Source: an uncultured Acidimicrobiia bacterium
GTDB lineage: Bacteria > Acidobacteriota > Terriglobia > Versatilivoradales > Versatilivoraceae
DNA length: 64,000 nucleotides
Reading direction: 5' to 3'
Assembly (NCBI GenBank): GCA_963786955.1
Contig: CAWBAT010000008.1
Coordinates: 320,001 to 384,000 of the forward strand
The notes beneath the pieces are model-generated. The model saw nothing but the letters and a program-made list of their open reading frames with translations, was not told where the DNA came from and did not search any database. The position numbers and the translations under genes are program-made. Positions 42,783 to 52,294 of the stretch are shown here, piece after piece (positions within the stretch are counted from its first letter, which is position 1; every line of letters starts with the position of its first letter).

Positions 42783-44029
42783 TAGTGATTGCCCTCCGTC
42801 AGGGTCTCTTTCAAAAGGGTCGATTTCAAGTAGAAGCTTCCCTGGGTTACAACCCGTTCGCCCGATTTCAGTCCCTTCACAACCTCCACCCACCCATCCG
42901 CTTTATGGCCGAGTTCAACGTCCCTCTTTTGAAACTCGTTCGGTTTTAGTTGAATGAAGACGGAATCCTTACCATCCACCTGCAGCAAGGCTGTGTCAGG
43001 GATAGCTGGAACCACCCGAGAGTCCTGCACTGGAAGGAGAACCGTTCCAAACATTTCCAGTTTCAGTTTCTGGCCGGGATTATCCAGTTCAACGCGAACC
43101 TTGGCTGTCCGTGTCTCGGCATCTAAGCGCTGACCCACCAGAGTGATTTTTCCTGAGAACTTTTGTCCTGGGAAACCGACGAAGGAGATCTCGGCTATCT
43201 GGCCTGTCATTACTCGACCTAGATCTCGTTCATAAACGCTGGCGATGGTCCAGACACGTCCCAGATCCGCAATCGTCATGACCTCCTGATCCGCACTGAG
43301 CACTTCGCCCGGGGCGATCTGAAAATCCAGGATGGCCCCTGATTGCGGCGCCTTGACGCTGGTCAAGGTGGGGGTCTGAGAAGATAGGATAAACAATTGA
43401 TCCTCTCTCACTCCAAATCGCCTGAGCTTGCTGGCTAGTGCGTTCATGCGAGCAACATGAGACTCCAGTTCGGCTTGAGCCTCAAGCTGCTCGGTAATTC
43501 GCAGCTCCAGTTCTTTCTCAGCCAATGCTTCGGCTGCCACCAGGCTCCGGGCCCGTTCGGCAGCTTGCTCGGTTAGCTTAAGACGAGCTTCCAGCTTCCC
43601 TTTCTGCGAGATAAATGTGCGGTATTCTCCCACCAATTCACCCATTTCAACATTGTCGTATTCAAACAAGACCTGTCCGGCTTGAACTTGCTCTTCAGGC
43701 TGAACCAACACCCGCCGCACAATCCCACGCGCCAAGGTGCGAACACGGGCAACATGGTTCAAGTCGGGCTCCACCACCCCTGTAGTTTCGACCCATTCCT
43801 TCAAAGGACGAGGCTGGACTTCGAGGGTCTTGATTTCAGCGTTGCGCAATGCTTCTGGTGTGAGGGTAATCGTTTCACCAGGTCCGATATCACTTTCCCG
43901 ATGGACATGTTCTGGCTCAACGATGCGGCTTTGGTAGTACCAAATGAAAACCGCTCCTCCCAGCAACAAAATGAACAGAACCGTGTTTCGTAGAGTGAAT
44001 TCTGGAACTCGGATTGTTACTTCTCGCAT
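42782..44029 (-). CDS. czcB: RND membrane fusion protein
   Basis: N-terminal TM, lipoyl-like halves, coiled coil, ETRTAKVRV, GLKSGERVVTQGSF. Confidence 0.9.
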   Translation of the reverse strand: MREVTIRVPEFTLRNTVLFILLLGGAVFIWYYQSRIVEPEHVHRESDIGPGETITLTPEALRNAEIKTLEVQPRPLKEWVETTGVVEPDLNHVARVRTLARGIVRRVLVQPEEQVQAGQVLFEYDNVEMGELVGEYRTFISQKGKLEARLKLTEQAAERARSLVAAEALAEKELELRITEQLEAQAELESHVARMNALASKLRRFGVREDQLFILSSQTPTLTSVKAPQSGAILDFQIAPGEVLSADQEVMTIADLGRVWTIASVYERDLGRVMTGQIAEISFVGFPGQKFSGKITLVGQRLDAETRTAKVRVELDNPGQKLKLEMFGTVLLPVQDSRVVPAIPDTALLQVDGKDSVFIQLKPNEFQKRDVELGHKADGWVEVVKGLKSGERVVTQGSFYLKSTLLKETLTEGNH

Positions 44030-44032
44030 AAC

Positions 44033-45320
44033 TTATTCAACCTCCAGTCCGATGGCACTCCCCAATTCGTAGCGGCTGACCCGATATTCATACAGCGCTT
44101 GGTTGTGAGTCTTGAGCGTTTCGCGGTAGCTCCGTTCCGCGTCCAGCAAGTTGATCAGATCCGTACCTCCCAACCTGTAGGCGGCCATGACAATTTGTCG
44201 TGATTCATCGGCCTTCTTGAGTGATTCCTTTTCAATGTAAGCGACTCGTTCGCGATTGATCTCCACTGCATTATGGGCTTTGCGAATATCGAGCAGGACC
44301 TGCTGCCGGGTGTAAGCGGCCAGGTTTTCTGATCGTGCTTTCTCGGCTGCTGCCCTGGTGATGCCGCCTTCATTTCTGTTATAAACCTTAAGTGGAAACG
44401 CAATTCCAAAGGCCACTGTGTTCTCTATGAGGTTTCTCTTGTAGCCACCGGTCAGCGTGATGTTCGGTGATCGCAGAGCGCGCTGATGCAAAGTCTCGGT
44501 GTCAGCTCGCTGTTGTTCGAACATGGAAGCCTTCAGATCAGGCCGCTTGTCAAAGGCCTGGCGTTCCAGTTCGGCCAAGGGCAGGAGGGGAGGGAATCCC
44601 ATCGGAAGAGTCGGCAGTCTGGGAGTCCATCGCGAGAACTCCGGAGAATCTAAAAGGAGCATTTGTTTGAGGAAGACCCAATAAGGCCAGCAGCGTTGCC
44701 TTGGCGTTGACCAAAGCGAGTCTGGCGGCAAAAACGTCGTCAATGAATTTCAACCGCTCGACCTCGACTCGCTTGAGCTCAACACCGGAGATATCACCTT
44801 TTTCGAGACGCGTGCGATTCAGATCAATCACCCGATCAATTTCTTGAAGGAAGGATTCGGCCACTTCCAGGTTGGTCTGCGCCAGAACTCCCTTGAAGTA
44901 AGCACGGCGGACCTCGAGGACTAACGCTCGGCGAGTATTGTCATAATCGGCCTTTTCCGCTTGAGTCCTCAGTTCTGCAGCCCTAGTCCGGAGTCTTCTC
45001 CTTCCAGCCGTTTCAATTTCCTGATCCAATCGGACTGTAATCTCCTGAGTTTCAAAAAATGCTCCCATCTCGGAAGAGAAGAGCCGGTAATCTTCAAAAT
45101 AAGTTGAGAAGGCAGGATTGAGCCGCTTCGAGGCATCAATCCTTTCGGCATCCGCAATCTCAATCTCATTTCTGGCAGCCTTGAACTGCGGATTGTTGGC
45201 AACGGAAATCTCCAACGCCTTCTTCAGTTCCAACCGCTCTGGAACTTCTGAAGTGCCTTGCCCCAGGCAATAGACAGCCGGCGTTATTAGTGCTAAGAGT
45301 AGTGGCAGAAGCCATTTCAT
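44033..45320 (-). CDS. czcC: TolC-family outer-membrane efflux protein, frameshift near 44630
   Basis: NNPQFKAAR, QEIETAGRRRLR, RPDLKA, YNRNEGGI, AYRLGGTDLINLLDAER. Confidence 0.88.
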
Positions 45321-45479
45321 GATGAAACCTCCTGAAAACCTGGAAACCATGTACTTTTGAAAAGAATAGAGTCTGAGAAGGGCTGAATTGCCACTTTGTT
45401 CTGTGGCAGAGAGAATCCCTGTCAGAGATTCAATTCGCTTGGGATATTAGGAAAACCACTGATCAGGCAAGCAGAGTAA

Positions 45480-45839
45480 TTACGCCCGCGGAGGGAGACA
45501 GAGAGGAAGAAGATCGACTGATGGGACTTTTGAGGTCGAACGAGATTCGATGAAGGTGATGCCACAGATTAAAGTCAAGCGGAAAGATCTTCCCACAACA
45601 ATGTGATGACAACAGCAGAGGCAATCATGATCATTATCACCAGGTTCTGAACGCGAAGAGTGATTGGAATTCGGCGACTGGCCAAGAGCCAATGCTTCTG
45701 CTGCACACGATGCGTAACCGCCATCCTCGCCGCAAGGAGAAAGGGCGAACAAGTCCTCAGCACCTATACTGAAACAGGTTAGGAGAACTAACAACCATGA
45801 GACCTTGCGCCTTAGTCTTCGATTTCGAGAGGTGTTCAT
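45480..45839 (-). CDS. Small exported Cys/His-rich protein (CzcI/DUF2946-like)
   Basis: Signal-like N-terminus, DHDCLCCCHH, C-terminal LPPRA; lies upstream of czcC. Confidence 0.7.
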   Translation of the reverse strand: MNTSRNRRLRRKVSWLLVLLTCFSIGAEDLFALSPCGEDGGYASCAAEALALGQSPNSNHSSRSEPGDNDHDCLCCCHHIVVGRSFRLTLICGITFIESRSTSKVPSVDLLPLCLPPRA

Positions 45840-45932
45840 ACACCTTTACAATAACATCTTGCTAACAGTTTGCCAAATTCCAGTTTGACAATACTCTGAT
45901 ACCAATTCAAGGTGTTTGAGTTCCCAAAGGCA

Positions 45933-47141
45933 TCACAAGGATCCCAAGAAGGCTAACAGGGCCTTCTTTTCCTGCTCCAAGAGTTTCTCAAACGAAGCCC
46001 GACTCTTGAGAGCTTCGCCATGATGCATTTCAATGGCCTCTAGAGTAGTCGAGGCTCTACCGTCGTGTAGGAATGGCGCGCGAAGTCGAACTCCCCAAAG
46101 AGGGGGTGTTCGGATCTCTGCAGGTTTAGCATCTCCCTGAGCGATACCATCGCCGGTCCCGATGTCGTGCAAGAGGAAGTCTCCATACGGAAAGAATCGC
46201 TTATAGCTAAGTGCTTTGACCGAGCTGGGCCCGGTTTTTATTGAAGGTGTGTGACAGGAGCTGCAACCTGATGCCTGAAATAACCGCTCCCCTTGTTGAG
46301 TTTCTGTACTGATTGTTCCTCGTGGTGGCGGTCCCAGCAACTTCATAAAATTCTCGAAGTTATCGATTCCTCTCAACCCGGTGCTCAAATCACGCACATC
46401 CTGCAGCCCTGGAAATGGATTAAAGAACTTGATCTTTTCACAGTCCCCGCCCGGACAGACTTCGTGGGGAAAGAGATCATTCGTGATCCCCATTTCATCT
46501 CGATAGGCTTCGGCGCCAAATGCCAGAAGCGTTGCCTGTTGTGCTTTCCAGCCAAATCGGCCGATCCGGATCTTGTCACTGGCTTTATCAGAGACCCGAT
46601 GAGCACGACCACTAATTCCATTACTGTCGCGATCGTCAGGATCTTCCATGGCGATCAAAGTGGCGTCCGGAATCGCTTCAACCAAACCGTTCCCAAATAA
46701 AGGGAGAGATTTCCGGCGGGCGATCACATTGGCTTCAGGAGGAATGATCGTTTGCGTCTCGTGGGCGGGAATTGAAAACATCTGGAAAAGGGACCCCCCT
46801 GGCAATTCGACGAAGGAGCCGTCTTCGTTCCTAATCCCGGCGCGTACTTCTGTGATCGTGCTGGATCCACCGATTCGTGGAATACTATGGCATTCTGCAC
46901 AGGAGCGGCCATTGAACACGGGCCCCAACCCTTCGTCGGGAGATTCGACCCCAGTGAAGTCTTCGAGACCGACTCGAAAGAGTTCGAATTCTCTGCTGGT
47001 GAGGCCTGGCAAGGGCTCTCCAAATTCCGTTCCAACAACGATCTGTTCTTGCTGTGCAACAAGCTGGTTGGATTTGAAGAATAGACAGAGTGTTATTCCT
47101 GAGATTAAGGTCCAAAGGAGAATGAAGATTTTTTTCAACAT
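45933..47141 (-). CDS. Di-heme oxidoreductase family protein (DHOR/DUF1111)
   Basis: GLGPVFNGRSCAECH, LFGNGLVEAIPD, GRFGWKA, EMGITN, GCSSCH, DFLLHD, RTPPLWG, FLHDGRA. Confidence 0.92.
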   Translation of the reverse strand: MLKKIFILLWTLISGITLCLFFKSNQLVAQQEQIVVGTEFGEPLPGLTSREFELFRVGLEDFTGVESPDEGLGPVFNGRSCAECHSIPRIGGSSTITEVRAGIRNEDGSFVELPGGSLFQMFSIPAHETQTIIPPEANVIARRKSLPLFGNGLVEAIPDATLIAMEDPDDRDSNGISGRAHRVSDKASDKIRIGRFGWKAQQATLLAFGAEAYRDEMGITNDLFPHEVCPGGDCEKIKFFNPFPGLQDVRDLSTGLRGIDNFENFMKLLGPPPRGTISTETQQGERLFQASGCSSCHTPSIKTGPSSVKALSYKRFFPYGDFLLHDIGTGDGIAQGDAKPAEIRTPPLWGVRLRAPFLHDGRASTTLEAIEMHHGEALKSRASFEKLLEQEKKALLAFLGSL

Positions 47142-47182
47142 GGCTTGAATCCTTTACGGCCAGTGATCTCTTTATATAAGTG

Positions 47183-47593
47183 TTACTCCACAATGATGAT
47201 GCCTCGCATCATCGTATGACCGGCTCCACAAGGCCGTGAGCACTCGAATGGGTAATTTCCTTTCTTCTTGGCATCAAAAACAACTTTGACGCTGCCTCGA
47301 CCACGGGCCGGGATGGTCTGGTTAATACCGGCTGAAGGCATGCGGAATCCATGAAATGTGTCTTCACTAGTCAGGTTGATTTCCAGAAGAGTCCCTTCCT
47401 TCACTTTGATTTGTGAGGGAGTGAAACTGAACCGCTCGGCCACTATATTTACTTTCTGAACCTTGCGGCCAATCTCGCCCTTTCCATCAGCTCTGGCAGG
47501 CGCTTCCCACGTGGTGGTCAAGATCGCAATAACGAAAAACAAGGGAAAAGTGGCCGCCAGACTTCTTTTGTACGCAAAGAGTTGATGCCTCAT
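47183..47593 (-). CDS. Stand-alone exported cupredoxin with CuA-type ligand set
   Basis: Signal peptide, FSFTPSQIKV, DTFHGF, CSRPCGAGHTMM. Confidence 0.88.
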   Translation of the reverse strand: MRHQLFAYKRSLAATFPLFFVIAILTTTWEAPARADGKGEIGRKVQKVNIVAERFSFTPSQIKVKEGTLLEINLTSEDTFHGFRMPSAGINQTIPARGRGSVKVVFDAKKKGNYPFECSRPCGAGHTMMRGIIIVE

Positions 47594-47615
47594 ACTGGGT
47601 CTCCTTCCTAATCTT

Positions 47616-49007
47616 TTAAAACCACCATCCAATTCCGAAATCCCAACGATTGGGAATCTGAACCACCTCGCTCGTGTTGCGCATGAAATTATAGTTAAAC
47701 TTCAACGCGACATCGGGGTAGGGATAGTAGGTAATTCCTACAACGTGTGCCGATCGATCAAACTGGTTAAGCGGCAGAAACCCCCTAGGCATTCGATATT
47801 GGGTGTTGAAGTATTCATAACGATAGAACGACACTAAGTCGTGTTTGGAGCCTTCGGGAAGTAAGTGGGCGCCGCCCTCTAGATAAAATCCGCGCATGGA
47901 TTCGGCGATATTTGGATTGATGCCCGTTTGTCGTTGTAAGGCCCGATTAATTTCGGCCGCATTGTCCAGGTGGGTGTTAGCAAACTCACCTCTGCCTTCA
48001 AATCGACCCTTATGATACCGCCCATCGAACTCAAAGAGTCGAGCCTGCCCTTTGATATTCCGAAGATTGAATCCTGTCTCGCCAGTCCAAAAACTCGTTC
48101 CCAGATTCAGCCCCGGAATCCCGCGATATTCGAGCCGTCCAACAGGAGCCATGTGTTGGGCGTTTTCAAGGAAGCCGTTCTGCAGCCCCCCGCGAAATCC
48201 TTCCGCAGCCGAAAAACCCGTGGCATCCAGGGAGGTCATCAGATAGGCCTTGTAGGAAAATCCTTTCCCCAAGTCGCCCAGGATGCCGCCTCCAGACCCA
48301 AACCAGGTCGTCGGGATAATGAAGGTGTCGACAAATGGGCGCTCCACTCCATTGAAGCTGGGAGGCTCATGGCGCTCATTAATGATACCTATAGGTGCCA
48401 GGACCATACCGGCGCGGAAATTGAGCTTCGGCTTGACCAGAAAGTCAAGATAGGCCTGCTCCAGCGCAATCTCGCCGCTTCGCTCTTGGCCCTCAACGAA
48501 AGCATGCTCCAGTTCCAGTTCTGACCAAAAACGAATGTGGTCCCCAAATCCATGGCCGAAGAGAAGAACAAATCGATGAAAGTCAAAGATCGTTGGATTG
48601 GCATTGTCATGATTCAGATGAGACTCCATATAACCCGCGAAAGGAACATTTTGGATTTCATCAGAAATATTTGACGCCGGAGTGGTGACGGGGGGGGACA
48701 CAATATCCTGGAGAGGAATTGTCGTGAGAGCGGCCTGAACATTAGCAGAATCGGCTTTGGTACTTTGTACTTCCTGAGCGAGATGCTGGGCCTCAGTTTT
48801 GGCCTGTTCGAGGCCATCTGTGGGCCCGTTCTTGGAGATTGTCTGCAGTAGTTTCTCGAGGTTCGCCTCTAGTCGAGCCAAGCGCTGCTCCAACGCAGTC
48901 AAGCGGTCTTCGGTGTTTGCAGCCATCAGGCTGTCTCCCCGAAGCATTACGAAGGCGACCAGCAGAACAATGAATTTTTTCGCATCGGCATACACTTTAG
49001 TGGGCAT
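47616..49007 (-). CDS. Outer-membrane beta-barrel porin with N-terminal coiled coil
   Basis: LEQRLARLEANLEKL coiled coil, DFHRFVLLFG, ELELEHA, EQAYLD, INERHEPP, C-terminal FGIGWWF. Confidence 0.85.
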   Translation of the reverse strand: MPTKVYADAKKFIVLLVAFVMLRGDSLMAANTEDRLTALEQRLARLEANLEKLLQTISKNGPTDGLEQAKTEAQHLAQEVQSTKADSANVQAALTTIPLQDIVSPPVTTPASNISDEIQNVPFAGYMESHLNHDNANPTIFDFHRFVLLFGHGFGDHIRFWSELELEHAFVEGQERSGEIALEQAYLDFLVKPKLNFRAGMVLAPIGIINERHEPPSFNGVERPFVDTFIIPTTWFGSGGGILGDLGKGFSYKAYLMTSLDATGFSAAEGFRGGLQNGFLENAQHMAPVGRLEYRGIPGLNLGTSFWTGETGFNLRNIKGQARLFEFDGRYHKGRFEGRGEFANTHLDNAAEINRALQRQTGINPNIAESMRGFYLEGGAHLLPEGSKHDLVSFYRYEYFNTQYRMPRGFLPLNQFDRSAHVVGITYYPYPDVALKFNYNFMRNTSEVVQIPNRWDFGIGWWF

Positions 49008-49072
49008 AGCGCCTCCTGACCGGATTGCTCTCGGAAATAGCCTTTTTCGTTCCCAAGCTTATCCTTTGATCT

Positions 49073-49111
49073 TTTTGATTGTCAAAATAAATATTTTTGA
49101 TATGTCTAAAT
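49073..49111. promoter_or_regulatory. Candidate tandem DtxR/MntR operator
   Basis: AT-rich imperfect palindromes ttttgattgtcaaaa and ttttgatatgtctaaa between the divergent porin and regulator genes. Confidence 0.55.
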
Positions 49112-49201
49112 AATGTTCTAATGCTCATTAGGTATCCAGTTGTTGCCAACCAAACAAAGATATTTGAAGATTGCTGGAGAGATGATTTCGAATTAGGCTA
49201 A

Positions 49202-49344
49202 GTACTGCTTTTCATAAATACGGTGACATTTACGCCGGGTCGGTGACCCGGCCTACAATTTTGTAGGCTTGGGGCTTTCTCAAAGCCCCAACCTCACGCG
49301 GCGCCTATCCTAAGATACGTCACCGTAATTACGAATAGCAGTAC
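49202..49344. mobile_element. MITE-like element with GTACTGC...GCAGTAC ends and family A REPs
   Basis: TIRs gtactgcttttcataaatacggtgac / gtcaccgtaattacgaatagcagtac; taa on both sides (ctaag context). Confidence 0.8.
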
Positions 49345-49391
49345 TAAGTGGGGTGAACGGATCTTGGGCTCGGATCGTTAGGAGTGTGCTT

Positions 49392-50180
49392 ATGCGACAG
49401 CAGACCGTTTCCAGTACAGCAGAAGATTATCTGAAAGCGGTTTTGAGGTTTGAGGACAGGAACGAAAAGGCAAGTACTTCTAAAGTGGCGCGCCATCTGG
49501 ACGTTACCGATGCCACGGTCACGGATATGTTGCGAAAACTGCAGGCCGCCGGGTTGTTGGAGTACACCCCGTACTACGGGGTGTCATTAACGGCCAGAGG
49601 TCGGGGGATCGCGCTGAAAATTCTTCGTCGCCACCGCCTTATCGAGCTATTTTTGAATCAGATCATGGGATACGGCTGGCAGGAGGTCCACGAGGAAGCG
49701 GAAAAGCTGGAACACGCGGTTTCGGATTATTTTGTTGAAAGAATCGATGAGTTGCTGAATCATCCCGCTAAGGACCCCCATGGCGAGGTCATTCCAGATA
49801 TACAGGGTTTTCGAGAAACAGAAAATGACATTTGTCTTGCGTTGGCTGACATCGGCCACTACACCATCAAGAAAGTGATCGACAGCAGCCCTGAACTCTT
49901 GACTTACCTGGATAAGGCGTTGCTAGTGCCAACGCAGACCATCACTCTTTTGGAAAAAGCACCTTTTCAAGGACCTTTGAAACTTCTCTGTTCCGGAAGC
50001 ATGAGCCCCGTCTACATTGGCCTTGAGGTGGCTCAACGCATCTTTGTCCTCCCTTGCGAAAAGCCTCGCAGGTTCGCAAGCCCTTCGAGTGCTGCTTCGA
50101 AAGTGTACCCCGCAGAAAAAAGGACAAAGGACAGCAGTCCGCTCAAAACGGAGCCGCGCCGCAGGAAGTCAGGGAAATAA
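49392..50180 (+). CDS. DtxR/MntR-family metal-dependent transcriptional regulator with FeoA-like domain
   Basis: EDYLKA, ATVTDMLRKL, RRHRLIELFL, VHEEAEKLEH, DPHGEVIP. Confidence 0.93.
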   Translation: MRQQTVSSTAEDYLKAVLRFEDRNEKASTSKVARHLDVTDATVTDMLRKLQAAGLLEYTPYYGVSLTARGRGIALKILRRHRLIELFLNQIMGYGWQEVHEEAEKLEHAVSDYFVERIDELLNHPAKDPHGEVIPDIQGFRETENDICLALADIGHYTIKKVIDSSPELLTYLDKALLVPTQTITLLEKAPFQGPLKLLCSGSMSPVYIGLEVAQRIFVLPCEKPRRFASPSSAASKVYPAEKRTKDSSPLKTEPRRRKSGK

Positions 50181-50355
50181 AGGAAGAGGGATCACCGGTT
50201 AAGAGCCCGTTATTGCCTATTATTTAGGATCGGTGAGCGATGGAGTCATTACCCGGTTTCCGCTCAAGTATTTGATGGGTCTCAAGGGCGAGAAGAACTA
50301 TGATGGTTCCTTAACTGAACGCTGAAAGCTCACGGGAGCACTGGTCCAAAAGCCT

Positions 50356-51993
50356 ATGATTTTCAAACAATATTACTTGGGATGTCTGGCGCACGCTTCT
50401 TACTTGATTGCTGATCGGGAAAGCAAGACAGCAGCCGTGGTAGACCCCCAGCGGGACATCGACCAATACCTTGCCGATGCTAAGGCGGAGGGAGTACAGA
50501 TCCGGCATGTCTTCCTCACTCATTTTCATGCCGATTTTGTAGCCGGCCATTTGGAGCTTAGAGACCAAGCCGGGGCCCGAATTTGGCTCGGTTCCAAGGC
50601 CATTGCCGATTACGATTTTACACCGTTGAAGAATGATGATGTCCTCGAGTTTGGCAAGATTCGTTTGCGCATTCTCGAAACTCCCGGTCACTCGGTCGAA
50701 TCCATCTGCATTCTCGTCTATGACAAGGAACACGGGATTGACCGACCGACAGTTGTTTTGACCGGGGATACGCTCTTTGTTGGTGACGTCGGCCGCCCGG
50801 ACCTCCGAGCATCTATGGGATTCTCAGCAGCCCAACTCGGCGGCATGCTCTATGAATCCTTGCACAGCAAACTCCTCACTCTCCCGGACGAGACTCTGGT
50901 GTATCCCGCCCATGGCGCCGGTTCGTTGTGCGGGAAGAATCTGAGTACGGAAACTTTTTCAACAATCGGATTGCAACGGCAATACAATTATGCGGTTCAG
51001 CCCATGACCCAAGAGGAGTTTATCCAAATCGTCACAGCCGACCAGCCTGAGGCTCCTCCGTACTTCACCTTCGATGCCATTCTGAACACCAAGGAGCATC
51101 AGACCCTGGAGAAAACTCTGGAGAAGGAATTGAACCCGCTCAGCCTCGAACGAGTTCTCCAGTTGGCATCAGCGGGTGCCCAAATTGTGGATGTGAGAGA
51201 CTCTTCCGAGTTTGCTGCTTCGCATCTGAAGGGAAGTATCAACATCGGATTGGGTGGGCAGTTTGCCAGTTGGGCAGGAACGATCCTCAAGCGTGACGCC
51301 CAGATTGTGCTAGTCGCTTCTCCAGGCAGGGAAAAGGAAGCCGCCACCCGTTTGGGTCGGATTGGTTATGACTTCGTAGCGGGATATCTGGAAGGAGGAA
51401 TGGAAGCGGTAAGCAACCAACCTGAAGCTCTCCAACTTCTATTACGGATTTCCGCGACAACGCTCGCTGAAGAGCTGGCTTCACCCCATCCCCCTGTCAT
51501 CATTGACGTCCGGACGGAGCAGGAGCGCCGGGAAAAGCGGATTGAGCCAAGTCTTCACTTCCCATTGACCCACCTGTGGGAAAGAGTCGGCGAAATCCCG
51601 TTGAATCGAAGCCTTGTGGTCCATTGCGCCGGCGGATACCGCTCGGCTCTTGCCGCAAGTTTATTGATGCGTTCCGGAATTGGCGACGTCAGAGATCTCC
51701 TGGGTGGCATTGCTGCCTGGGAAAAGTCGGGGTTTTCGGTCTTGGGCACAAAAGGCAAAATGAATGCAACCACGGAACCGACGGACTATTCCGAAAGGAC
51801 TGTCGATGTGGCAGGAGGGAAGGTCCTCCTCACCAGTTATGGACTGGGCGATAAATACCATTGCAAAGCGGACGATGTCGGGCCGGGGACCTGCCTAGCC
51901 CGAGCAGAAGGGGCCACGAAGGAAGACGCTGAGCAAAATGCAATCGGCAAAGCGCAGGAACACCTTGCCCGAAAGCGGCAATTATCCATATAA
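50356..51993 (+). CDS. MBL-fold hydrolase with two rhodanese domains (persulfide dioxygenase/sulfurtransferase type) plus an extra C-terminal domain
   Basis: THFHADFVAGH, TPGH, TGDTLFVGDVGRPDL, PAHGAGSLCG, VHCAGGYRS. Confidence 0.9.
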   Translation: MIFKQYYLGCLAHASYLIADRESKTAAVVDPQRDIDQYLADAKAEGVQIRHVFLTHFHADFVAGHLELRDQAGARIWLGSKAIADYDFTPLKNDDVLEFGKIRLRILETPGHSVESICILVYDKEHGIDRPTVVLTGDTLFVGDVGRPDLRASMGFSAAQLGGMLYESLHSKLLTLPDETLVYPAHGAGSLCGKNLSTETFSTIGLQRQYNYAVQPMTQEEFIQIVTADQPEAPPYFTFDAILNTKEHQTLEKTLEKELNPLSLERVLQLASAGAQIVDVRDSSEFAASHLKGSINIGLGGQFASWAGTILKRDAQIVLVASPGREKEAATRLGRIGYDFVAGYLEGGMEAVSNQPEALQLLLRISATTLAEELASPHPPVIIDVRTEQERREKRIEPSLHFPLTHLWERVGEIPLNRSLVVHCAGGYRSALAASLLMRSGIGDVRDLLGGIAAWEKSGFSVLGTKGKMNATTEPTDYSERTVDVAGGKVLLTSYGLGDKYHCKADDVGPGTCLARAEGATKEDAEQNAIGKAQEHLARKRQLSI

Positions 51994-52294
51994 GACAGAC
52001 CGTCCTTAGAAAAATATTCTGCCTTTTTTCCGTGGGCCTCGGGAGATGAGTAGACTGTGGAAACCATTCCTTGCCCAACGATCTCGGGTGTGTCGAGCTG
52101 CAGTGAAGTTCGGATCACCTTCCTCTTCTGAAGACACTCTGCATATCCACTGCGCACAAATTTCACCGGAACATTACACTCTGGCAGCCCCCCCGGTTGT
52201 CGTCGATTTGACAAGTTTTCGCTATCAAGTGAAAATGAAAGGTGCGGTTGTATTCTTCAGCCCCGCCTGTTTAGTTTAGGAGAGATGTTTTTCA

